This document shows, one piece after another, positions 14,736 to 23,503 of a stretch of DNA of 64,000 nucleotides. Origin of the DNA: Litorimonas sp. (lineage in GTDB: Bacteria; Pseudomonadota; Alphaproteobacteria; Caulobacterales; Maricaulaceae); the NCBI GenBank assembly GCA_039975855.1, contig JBDWGH010000001.1:31-64030 (forward strand), in the 5' to 3' direction. The position numbers were made by a program, and so were the translations under genes. Each line of letters begins with the position of its first letter. Position 1 is the stretch's first letter. Below the pieces are notes generated by a model that did not search any database, was not told the DNA's origin, and saw only the letters and a program-made list of their open reading frames with translations.

Positions 14736-14993
14736 TTTTTTCCCCTCAAAAATATGCGCCCTTTGGGCAGTTTAACATATGAGGGCAGTGGGGTCACAAC
14801 GTTTTATTGGGCTGCGCCGGAGGAGGTGAGAATTGTTAGGTTCAGTTCATTTTTCAGGCTTAGGTTTCACCAATCACCTTTTTACACTCAATGATGCCAC
14901 GCCTTGTATATCAAAATGGAAAGGGATAATTCTAAGCGTGGGTTGGATTTCCCTCGCCAAGAATTTTCAATAGCTTTCGACTGAACCAAAGTT

Positions 14994-16355
14994 CTAACGC
15001 GATAAACGGGCGGTAAATAACGACTTCCCGATCTCCTCGAAAGCCGCGATAAGTGCAGACTGGTTACTGGCGTCAAAGAACTGGCTGTCGCCCGAAGCGC
15101 AATCGCTTAACATTTTTTTCGAGTCAGCATCGTCAAAATTATACGCGACTGTCCAAATATCGATGTTGGCGTCTTTTATGTTTTCACAGAGTTCAGCGGT
15201 AAGATCATTCGCTTCATCTTCGTCAGAGTGCGTGTGTTTTCCATCCTCATACGGGTCATTGAGAGACAGTGTGTTTTTACCATCTGTCATTAAGATCAAT
15301 GCACGCTTTCGTTTCTCTTCTTTGTTAGAAAGAGCTGAAAACGGTCTATCTGCATCGAGCATGCGCCATCCATTAATCAAACCAACCGGAATATAGGTGT
15401 TTCCGCTGGCTGAAAGGCTGTTAATTTTAGCTTTCACTTTTGTCATGTCGTCAGTGAGCGTGAGAACTTCTTCCCCACACCAAGCGTCCATTATGCCGGG
15501 AATGCGTTTTCCGCGGTAAGCTGCTGTTTTATTGTAGAGATTGTTGCGAGAGCCAATACATCCTTTCCATTTGACCTCTTTTGTATATGGCGATGGGCAA
15601 TATTCCTTTTCTGGACCATCATCTACATAGTTGGTGCAGTGATTATACTCTTCAGTGCGTTCCACACCGTCGGAGGTACGTGTCCGGGTTCGTGTTTCTG
15701 AAGACGTGCATTTTCTCGGTTGATACATATAACATTCGCCTGCCGGGACTTCGGTTGACTCGTCCAATGGTACTGAGATCCAATTTTCGTTTCTTCGCGA
15801 CATTCCAACATTGACGTAGTCTGAGAAGGGAACCACTGAAACGCGCGTATCTGCCTCATATTCTGCAAATTGGTCGACTAAAACGGCGGCCGCTGCTTTC
15901 AGGCTGGTCATATTTGCCCCGTCCATTGAGCCTGTTCTATCCAAAACTAGGGAAATGTTAATTGGGACTTCTTCGGGGAATTTAGCTTCTGACATAACGC
16001 CAACGTCCAATTCTTTTTTCCCAACGAAACCCATCATCATTGTGTCATATGGAGATTGGATTTCTACGGTTACTGTATCGCCGACGATTTTCAGTTCCCA
16101 ATCCAGATCGTAATTATTTAGGTTGTTACTTTCGATACTGGCTTCGACAAATTTCTTAATTTTGCTATGTTTGGTTTCCCCGGAGGTCACCGCCGCAAGA
16201 GCTGCAGCATCCGACATACTTTGCATAGTGTCTTTCTGGCTTACAGACCCTGCTAAATCGAGGGCTGCTGAAATGCAGAGGAGGAGCATCCCCAAGACAA
16301 TTGCGAACATCATACTGATGTTACCAGCTGTATCTGATAGATATCTTTTCAACAT
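14994..16355 (-). CDS. TadE/TadG-like N-terminal domain plus von Willebrand factor A domain protein
   Basis: N-terminus MLKRYLSDTAGNISMMFAIVLGMLLLCISAALDL resembles the Flp-pilus TadE/G-like prepilin-type helix. The VWA MIDAS-like motif is LVLDRTGSMDG. The ATG at 16355 is preferred over the alternative TTG/GTG/ATG starts at 16379-16373. Confidence 0.7.
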   Translation of the reverse strand: MLKRYLSDTAGNISMMFAIVLGMLLLCISAALDLAGSVSQKDTMQSMSDAAALAAVTSGETKHSKIKKFVEASIESNNLNNYDLDWELKIVGDTVTVEIQSPYDTMMMGFVGKKELDVGVMSEAKFPEEVPINISLVLDRTGSMDGANMTSLKAAAAVLVDQFAEYEADTRVSVVPFSDYVNVGMSRRNENWISVPLDESTEVPAGECYMYQPRKCTSSETRTRTRTSDGVERTEEYNHCTNYVDDGPEKEYCPSPYTKEVKWKGCIGSRNNLYNKTAAYRGKRIPGIMDAWCGEEVLTLTDDMTKVKAKINSLSASGNTYIPVGLINGWRMLDADRPFSALSNKEEKRKRALILMTDGKNTLSLNDPYEDGKHTHSDEDEANDLTAELCENIKDANIDIWTVAYNFDDADSKKMLSDCASGDSQFFDASNQSALIAAFEEIGKSLFTARLSR

Positions 16356-16694
16356 CCCTAAAGTTCCCCACATCACCAATAAGATGCCTTAATTCACACA
16401 ATTGAGCTAAGGTTTCAAAGGGGTCTCATATCTGGGAATAGTTTTATTTCGCTGAGGAATTAGGCTTTATTTATCGTTAATGCCCGTCAGCAGATTTATG
16501 GCTTGAGGTAGAAATCAGCCTAATGAAGTTTGTGTTATCGCAAGAAAGGGACTTTTCGTTGCTGAGTATATAATCAGAAGACGGACAAATTTTCATAATC
16601 TGTAAATTATACCTGTCTGGCCAAAGCAAACAGATATGTTATGACTCTGCCGAAACATCCGGCCAAAACTCTGTGGCGGGAGCGGGAGAGATAC

Positions 16695-17900
16695 ATGAAA
16701 TCATTGTCCAAATTAGCTGTCTCGATATTGGCGGGGTCAATTCTGAGTGCATGCGCTGATCCTATTGATGCAGAATCTTTACACGACCGGATTCTAACGC
16801 TTGATACCCACATAGATATTCCTTTGACCTATATGACTGAGATCGATCCTACGGGAGAGACCGATCTGCAGGTCGACCTACCAAAACTCACGCAAGGAAA
16901 ACTCGATAGCGGATTTTGGATTGTCTACACGCCCCAAGGTGATTTGGATGCGAGCGGATATGAAGCTGCGTCTAAGATCGCACAGACCCGTGTGAACGCG
17001 ATCGGGTCGCTGGTGGAGGTTCACTCAGAGCAGTTCGAACTGGCGCGAACGGCGTCTGATGTTCGCCGAATTGTCGCCGAGGGTCGCCGAGCGGTTCTAA
17101 TTGGAATGGAAAATGCTTATCCGCTTGGTCCGGATAATTATTTGGAGACATTGGCTGATTACGCGGATGCCGGTGTGCGGTATGTCGGGATTACTCACTT
17201 TGGGCACAATCAATTTGGGGATAGTTCTAATCCAAATTTTGTTAGGGACACCGGGCCTAAATGGAACGGTTTATCACCCGCAGGCAAAGATTTGATTGCG
17301 GCATTAAATCGTCATGGGATCATGGTTGATCTTTCCCACGCGGGCAAAGAGACCATGCTTCAAGCTGCGGAGCTATCCGAAAGCCCAATTATTGCGTCTC
17401 ATTCAGGGGTGAAAGCCGTTGCGGATACAGCGCGGAATTTGGATGATGAGCAACTTCGAAAATTAGCAGAAGTTGGCGGTGTCGCGCAAATGGTCGCGCT
17501 TGGCGCTTACGTAAAATTGCCTACGGCGGAACAGCAAGCTGCGCGAGATGCCCTGGACGCAGAGTTTGGAGATCGGGCAAGTTGGGATCAGGCTAAACGA
17601 GATCTTTATGGAAAACGCCGCGAAGTAATTTCTGCGATGGCGCCTGAAGCGACGGTTTCTAACTTTGTTGATCATATTGATCATGCTGTGAAAATTGCTG
17701 GTATCGATTCCGTCGGGATTGCTTCCGATTTTGATGGCGGCGGCGGCGTTGATGGTTGGCAAGATGCATCTTACACGCAGAATGTCACAGCCGAGCTCGT
17801 CACACGTGGATATAGCGAAGAGGATATCGCAAAAATATGGGGCGGGAATTTGCTCCGGGTGATGGAAGCCGTTGAGAGCGTTGCAGCAAACAAACAATAG
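16695..17900 (+). CDS. Membrane dipeptidase (peptidase family M19), lipoprotein, copy A
   Basis: Signal MKSLSKLAVSILAGSILSAC (lipobox). M19 motifs LDTHIDIP (HxD), LIGMENAYPLG (bridging Glu), ITHFGHNQFGDSS, VDLSHAG and IASHSG (His ligands), SDFDGGGG. GGGAGAG SD before the ATG at 16695. Confidence 0.88.
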   Translation: MKSLSKLAVSILAGSILSACADPIDAESLHDRILTLDTHIDIPLTYMTEIDPTGETDLQVDLPKLTQGKLDSGFWIVYTPQGDLDASGYEAASKIAQTRVNAIGSLVEVHSEQFELARTASDVRRIVAEGRRAVLIGMENAYPLGPDNYLETLADYADAGVRYVGITHFGHNQFGDSSNPNFVRDTGPKWNGLSPAGKDLIAALNRHGIMVDLSHAGKETMLQAAELSESPIIASHSGVKAVADTARNLDDEQLRKLAEVGGVAQMVALGAYVKLPTAEQQAARDALDAEFGDRASWDQAKRDLYGKRREVISAMAPEATVSNFVDHIDHAVKIAGIDSVGIASDFDGGGGVDGWQDASYTQNVTAELVTRGYSEEDIAKIWGGNLLRVMEAVESVAANKQ

Positions 17901-17977
17901 TCCAAGTCTATGACACCGGGTGTTTTGCGGCCCTGACCGCAAAATAACATAATGATTGCGGCAGTCTTTGGCGTCGA

Positions 17978-19192
17978 ATGCGGGAGGTTCAATTGAAACC
18001 AATATATAAAAACGGCGTCCTGTTGACGGCCGTGTTATTGCTCAGTGCTTGCGCAACGACCGTAGACGTCGCAGCCCTGCACGACCGAACCCTGACCCTA
18101 GATGCTCATATTGATATCCCGCTTACCTATATGGATGAAGTTAATCCCGGGTCTCAGACTGATTTACAAGTGGACTTGCCTAAAATGCGCCAAGGGCAAC
18201 TCGATGGCGGTTTCTGGACAGTCTCCACGCCGCAAGGTGAATTGACTTATTCGGGGATAAAGGCTGCGCAGGAAATCTCAGAGACGCGTCTGAAGGCGAT
18301 TTGCGACATGAGCAAAGCGTTTCCGGACCGTATCAGTCTGGCCAGAACCGCAGCAGACGTTCGCCAAATCGAATCCGAAGGTCGTCATGCCGCTCTCATT
18401 GGGATGGATAACGCTTATCCCTTGGGTCGGACGAATTTCGCTGAGGAGCTAAAAATCTACACGGGTGTTGGAGTGCGCTATGTCGGACTCACCCACTTCG
18501 GTCATAATCAGTTTGGAGATAGTTCCAATCCACATCCGACGCGAGATAATGGACCACGCTGGAATGGACTGTCTCCCGCGGGTTATAAACTTATCACCGC
18601 TCTGAATGAAGCAGGCGTCATGGTTGATGTGTCTAACGCAGGGAAAGACACAATGATGCAGGCAGCAGAATTCTCGCGCACCCCAATTATCGCGGCGCAT
18701 TCGGGCGTGAAAGCCATTGCAGACAGTGCGCATAACCTAGATGACGAACAACTCCGCAAAATCGCCGAAGTAAACGGCGTCGCACAGATCGTGGCGTCGG
18801 GCGATCATGTGAAACTCCCGACGGTTGAACAAAAGGCTGCGCGCATTGCGCTAGATGCAGAATTCGGAAATCAGGCGCTCTGGAGCCAAGCGAAACGGGA
18901 TCGTTACAATGCTCGGCGGGCTGCAATTACGGCGATGGCGCCTCAAGCTAATGTCTCCGACTTTGTGGATCATATTGACCATGTGGTGGCGGTTGCTGGT
19001 ATTGATCATGTTGGCATTGCGTCCGACTTCGATGGCGGCGGAGGTCTGGTGGGTTGGAAAGATGCGTCTGAGACACAAAACGTCACAGCAGAGCTCGTCG
19101 CGCGCGGCTATACCGAAACCGATATTGCAAAAATTTGGAGCGGAAATTTGCTGCGGGTAATGGAAGCTGTTGAAGCAGAAGCGACGGGGTAA
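17978..19192 (+). CDS. Membrane dipeptidase (M19) paralogue, lipoprotein, copy B with altered metal-ligand positions
   Basis: Collinear with copy A, roughly two-thirds identical by eye. Lipobox LLLSAC. It has GMDNAY instead of GMENAY and VDVSNAG instead of VDLSHAG. An alternative TTG start at 17993 has a GGGAGG SD. Confidence 0.85.
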   Translation: MREVQLKPIYKNGVLLTAVLLLSACATTVDVAALHDRTLTLDAHIDIPLTYMDEVNPGSQTDLQVDLPKMRQGQLDGGFWTVSTPQGELTYSGIKAAQEISETRLKAICDMSKAFPDRISLARTAADVRQIESEGRHAALIGMDNAYPLGRTNFAEELKIYTGVGVRYVGLTHFGHNQFGDSSNPHPTRDNGPRWNGLSPAGYKLITALNEAGVMVDVSNAGKDTMMQAAEFSRTPIIAAHSGVKAIADSAHNLDDEQLRKIAEVNGVAQIVASGDHVKLPTVEQKAARIALDAEFGNQALWSQAKRDRYNARRAAITAMAPQANVSDFVDHIDHVVAVAGIDHVGIASDFDGGGGLVGWKDASETQNVTAELVARGYTETDIAKIWSGNLLRVMEAVEAEATG

Positions 19193-19362
19193 GGGAAATT
19201 TTAGGTCGATTTTGGGACTGTTATTCCCTTAGCTGCTTTGAGAAAAATTTCTTGTAATTTAGACACATCGAACACGAGATTTTTCACGGTCTCTAAAACG
19301 AGAGTTCTCGAACCCCCAAAAGCCAGCTTCACATTGTATGATAGATCGGCAATAGCGCGCCA

Positions 19363-20577
19363 ATGATAACGTTCTTGCGTAATAATTTCCGGTGGATAGC
19401 AGGGGGACTTTTGCTGACCTTCTTTTCCTCATTCGGGCAGACCTTTTTTATAGGACTGTCTGGCGAAGAGTTGCGGGTTAAATTCGATCTCACAGATGGT
19501 GAGTTTGGCGGGCTTTACATGATCGCAACCATTGGGAGCGCTTTGACCTTGCCCTTTCTTGGGCGAATTTTGGATCATATGCCAGGATGGAAGGTTGCGC
19601 GTTTTGTTATTCCTGGGCTCGCCTGCGCTTGCCTGCTAATGGCCTTTTCGCCTAATCTTATACTCTTGGTTTTGGCAATATATGCGCTGCGTTTGTTTGG
19701 TCAGGGCATGCTGTCACATACGGCTTATACTGAAATCGGTCGTTGGTTTGTAGCTAATCGCGGGCGCGCTACATCGATGATCGTTCCCGGACATCAGTTA
19801 GGTGAAGCTTTACTACCTGTTCTATTCACCGTCATTGCTATTGGTTTGGGGTGGCAAGCGGGATGGTTCTTCGCCGCCGGATTTTTGATGATATTTGCGC
19901 TCCCGCTAATTATAAAACTTTGGAGCATTGAGCGCGTTCCCCAAAGCACCGACCCCGATATTGCGGATGCTCGCCTGGGGCCCGATAAAACTGTCGCGCA
20001 AGTCGCGGCGGATCCAGTTTTTTATGCCTTACTATCTGGCGTTCTTGCGCCGCCCTTCATTGGGACAATTATTTTCTTTCACCAAGACTACCTAATTGAA
20101 CTTCGCGGTTATAACGAATTTGCCTTTGCTGCGGCGTTTCCGGTTATGGCCCTAACGACGGTTACCTTCTCATTAGTCAGCGGGCAGTTAATTGACAGGT
20201 TTGGCGCCATACGATTGCTGCCATTTTATCTAATTCCGCTGTGTTTGGCATCTTTGACTGTGGCACTACTCACGCCTGTTTGGGGGGTCTATGCTTTTAT
20301 GCTTTTGATTGGCCTGAGTTACGGTTTCTCCGCAACGCTCATCGGATCGCTTTGGCCAGAGGTTTACGGCGTGCGAAACCTCGGGTCTGTGCGCGCCCTT
20401 GCCGTGTCGGCGAGTGTGGCCGCCACGGCAATCGGGCCGGGCCTAACAGGTTTGCTGATTGATCGGGGCGTATCACTTCCGACGCAAATGATTTATCTCA
20501 GCGCGTGGTGCCTTACGGCCTGCTTTATCCTCGCATTCACAGTGCCCTATATCCTGAGAAGAAATGCAACACACTGA
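19363..20577 (+). CDS. MFS transporter
   Basis: 404 aa and about 12 hydrophobic segments. MFS-like loop LGRILDHMPGWK between TM2 and TM3. Confidence 0.8.
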   Translation: MITFLRNNFRWIAGGLLLTFFSSFGQTFFIGLSGEELRVKFDLTDGEFGGLYMIATIGSALTLPFLGRILDHMPGWKVARFVIPGLACACLLMAFSPNLILLVLAIYALRLFGQGMLSHTAYTEIGRWFVANRGRATSMIVPGHQLGEALLPVLFTVIAIGLGWQAGWFFAAGFLMIFALPLIIKLWSIERVPQSTDPDIADARLGPDKTVAQVAADPVFYALLSGVLAPPFIGTIIFFHQDYLIELRGYNEFAFAAAFPVMALTTVTFSLVSGQLIDRFGAIRLLPFYLIPLCLASLTVALLTPVWGVYAFMLLIGLSYGFSATLIGSLWPEVYGVRNLGSVRALAVSASVAATAIGPGLTGLLIDRGVSLPTQMIYLSAWCLTACFILAFTVPYILRRNATH

Positions 20578-20761
20578 TGTTCACTCTCTCGGTTTAAGTG
20601 AAGCAGTTAGGATGTTGAGGTAATTTCTTAGAAGTGGGCGTTTGCTCTTTGTGGACGGAACGAAACCAGCCATCATATGACACACCTCTGATTTTCTCTT
20701 ATTTACACCCTCCGGAAACCGGGTAGGGTTTCGGTCTTTAATCCTGATACGGAGGAAGGGC

Positions 20762-21235
20762 GTGACCATCATCATTCGTTCTGCGACACCATCTGAATTG
20801 CTAGTGCTTAAGTCCTTTGAACAAGGGATTATAACGGCGGAACGTCCCTTTGATAGAACCCTGAAAGCGGACCCCATTAGCTATTACGATATTGGTGAAT
20901 TGATTGCGTCAGACGACGCCGAAGTCGCTGTAGCTGAAATCGACGGCAAACTCGTTGCTTCTGGTTATGCTCAAAAAAGACGGTCGCGCGACTATGTTGT
21001 GTCCGATTATCACGCATTTATCGGCTTCTTGTATGTGGACCCAGCTTACCGGGGTAAAGGTGTCAACAAACTGGTTTTGAACCATTTGTTTGATTGGGCG
21101 CAGCGAAACGAACTTCCTGATGTACACCTGACGGTGTATCCGGAAAACCTGCCTGCTATTCGGGCTTATGAAAAAGCCAAATTTCAACCGTATATATTAG
21201 CGATGCATTTGAATCTCGATGAGGATTCCCGGTGA
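20762..21235 (+). CDS. GNAT-family N-acetyltransferase
   Basis: 157 aa. Acetyl-CoA motif A-like VDPAYRGKGVNKLVLNHLFDWA. GTG start with a GGAGGA SD. Confidence 0.8.
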   Translation: MTIIIRSATPSELLVLKSFEQGIITAERPFDRTLKADPISYYDIGELIASDDAEVAVAEIDGKLVASGYAQKRRSRDYVVSDYHAFIGFLYVDPAYRGKGVNKLVLNHLFDWAQRNELPDVHLTVYPENLPAIRAYEKAKFQPYILAMHLNLDEDSR

Positions 21236-21240
21236 GACAC

Positions 21241-21276
21241 AAAAAAGCCGCTCCTTTCGGGGCGGCTTTTCTGTTT
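21241..21276. terminator. Bidirectional intrinsic terminator (GNAT / glnA convergent)
   Basis: AAAAAAGCCGCTCC-TTTC-GGGGCGGCTTTTCTGTTT. Confidence 0.8.
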
Positions 21277-21291
21277 GGTTCTAAGAGCTGA

Positions 21292-22701
21292 TTAGCACTT
21301 GTAATACATGTCGAATTCGACCGGATGCGGGTGAAGTTGCAGACGGTGAACTTCTTCCATTTTTAGGTCAATATAAGCGTCGATTTGGTCGTCATCAAAG
21401 ACGCCGCCGGCTTTCAAGAAGTCACGGTCCCCGTCGAGGCTCTCAAGAGCTTCACGTAGAGATCCACAGACCTGCGGGATGTCTTTTGCTTCTTCAGCCG
21501 ACAATTCATAGAGGTCCATATCCATTGGGTCACCAGGGTGAATTTTGTTTTTGATGCCGTCCAGGCCAGCCATGAGGAGTGCCGTGTATGTGAGATACGG
21601 GTTACCAGCTGGGTCAGGATAGCGAACCTCCAAACGCTTACCATTGCGGGACGCTGTCCACGGAATACGGATAGAGGCAGAGCGGTTACGGCTTGAGTAA
21701 GCAAGCATCACAGGCGCTTCGAACCCAGGAACCAAACGCTTGTATGAGTTTGTAGATGCATTGGCGAAAGCGTTGATGGCTTTTGAATGTTTGATGATGC
21801 CGCCGATATAGTGGAGGCACTGCTCTGAAAGACCTGCATATTCGTCGCCTGCGAAGAGCGGCTGCTTGTCTTTCCAGATTGACATGTGCACGTGCATACC
21901 TGTGCCGTTATCGTTCCACATTGGCTTTGGCATGAATGTCGCGGACTTACCGTAAGCATGAGCTACGTTTTGTACGATATATTTATAAAGCTGCATGTTG
22001 TCGCCCATCTGAAGGAGGGTGTCGAACTGCATGCCAAGCTCATGCTGAGCAGGTGCAACTTCGTGGTGATGCTTTTCAGGGCGGAGACCAAGCTCTTCCA
22101 TAATGGAGAGCATTTCACCGCGCATGTCCTGAGCTGAGTCAACTGGTGGCACTGGGAAGTAACCGCCTTTTGGTCCAGGACGATGACCCATATTTCCGCC
22201 AGCGTATTGTGTTCCAGTATTCTGAGGAAGTTCGGATGAGTCGATTGAATACCCAGTGACGTTTTGGTCCGTATCCCAACGGACGTCATCGAATACGAAG
22301 AATTCTGCTTCTGGTCCGAAATAAACGTCATCACCTACTTTGGCAGAGCGCATGTAGGCTTCTGCAGCCTTGGCCGTGCCGCGCGGGTCACGGTTATAGG
22401 CTTCACCTGTGTCTGGCTCCAAAACGTCACAGAACACTGAAAGGGTGTCTTGTTGGAAGAAAGGATCCATTTTGGCAGTGCCAGCATCCGGTAAGAGAAC
22501 CATGTCTGACTCGTTGATGTCTTTCCAGCCTGAGATGGAAGAGCCATCAAACATCGTTCCGTCTTGGAAGAGGTCTTCGTCAACCAAATCGGAGTGGAAT
22601 GTTACGTGCTGCATTTTCCCTTTTGGGTCTGTGAAGCGAAGGTCGACGAATTTAATATCTTCGTCCTTGATTTTTTTAAGAAGCTTTGACGCGTCTGACA
22701 T
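21292..22701 (-). CDS. glnA: Glutamine synthetase type I
   Basis: 469 aa, [32 protein letters not shown]... The adenylylation-loop Tyr context MDLYEL is present. It sits downstream of glnB. Confidence 0.97.
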   Translation of the reverse strand: MSDASKLLKKIKDEDIKFVDLRFTDPKGKMQHVTFHSDLVDEDLFQDGTMFDGSSISGWKDINESDMVLLPDAGTAKMDPFFQQDTLSVFCDVLEPDTGEAYNRDPRGTAKAAEAYMRSAKVGDDVYFGPEAEFFVFDDVRWDTDQNVTGYSIDSSELPQNTGTQYAGGNMGHRPGPKGGYFPVPPVDSAQDMRGEMLSIMEELGLRPEKHHHEVAPAQHELGMQFDTLLQMGDNMQLYKYIVQNVAHAYGKSATFMPKPMWNDNGTGMHVHMSIWKDKQPLFAGDEYAGLSEQCLHYIGGIIKHSKAINAFANASTNSYKRLVPGFEAPVMLAYSSRNRSASIRIPWTASRNGKRLEVRYPDPAGNPYLTYTALLMAGLDGIKNKIHPGDPMDMDLYELSAEEAKDIPQVCGSLREALESLDGDRDFLKAGGVFDDDQIDAYIDLKMEEVHRLQLHPHPVEFDMYYKC

Positions 22702-22748
22702 GTCGATTTTTCCCTAGTCGTTTAGTGTCGTTTGATTTTCGTGTAGAA

Positions 22749-23099
<351 letters not shown>

Positions 23100-23363
23100 C
23101 TATGTCCCATTAGGCTCTATGCCGTCTGATGACTCCCGCATGGGCAGGAGTCGAGTGCATGATTTCTAGACCATGGTGCTCAGTCTCATATCCAAAGATA
23201 TTGCACAAAATTTGTTCGGAGGACAGGGCGGTCGATTAAAGGATGGGCAATAATCCGTGTGAATCTCCACGAAAAGGCGGTTTAGTTAAGCCTTTTTAAA
23301 CGTTGAAGAAGTGGTGTGATTCATTAAAGACAGCCGCCAAGACCCCGATTTTCACGAAGCACG

Positions 23364-23383
23364 TGTTCGCGACTGCAGTTCAC
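23364..23383 (+). repeat. 20-bp exact direct repeat, copy 1 (TGTTCGCGACTGCAGTTCAC)
   Basis: Identical to 23469-23488. It is flanked here by CACGTG on both sides (GCACGTG...CACGTGC). Confidence 0.9.
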
Positions 23384-23468
23384 GTGCGGAAATATAAGGT
23401 CTTTTTGAAACAGACATTTCGTCAAAACAGACGCCATTTTGGCGTATGAAATTCCATCATAAACCGGC

Positions 23469-23488
23469 TGTTCGCGACTGCAGTTCAC
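23469..23488 (+). repeat. 20-bp exact direct repeat, copy 2 (TGTTCGCGACTGCAGTTCAC)
   Basis: Lies 105 bp after copy 1 (start to start). It ends 2 nt before the GGTGGAG SD of the malic enzyme gene. Confidence 0.9.
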
Positions 23489-23503
23489 CCGGTGGAGATT
23501 ATC

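Noticed and set aside
20581-20877. 98-aa minus-strand ORF between the MFS and GNAT genes
   Set aside because: It overlaps the GNAT start region in antisense, has no SD and no motif. The spacer more plausibly holds the GNAT promoter and a weak hairpin (CCGGAAACC..GGTTTCGG).
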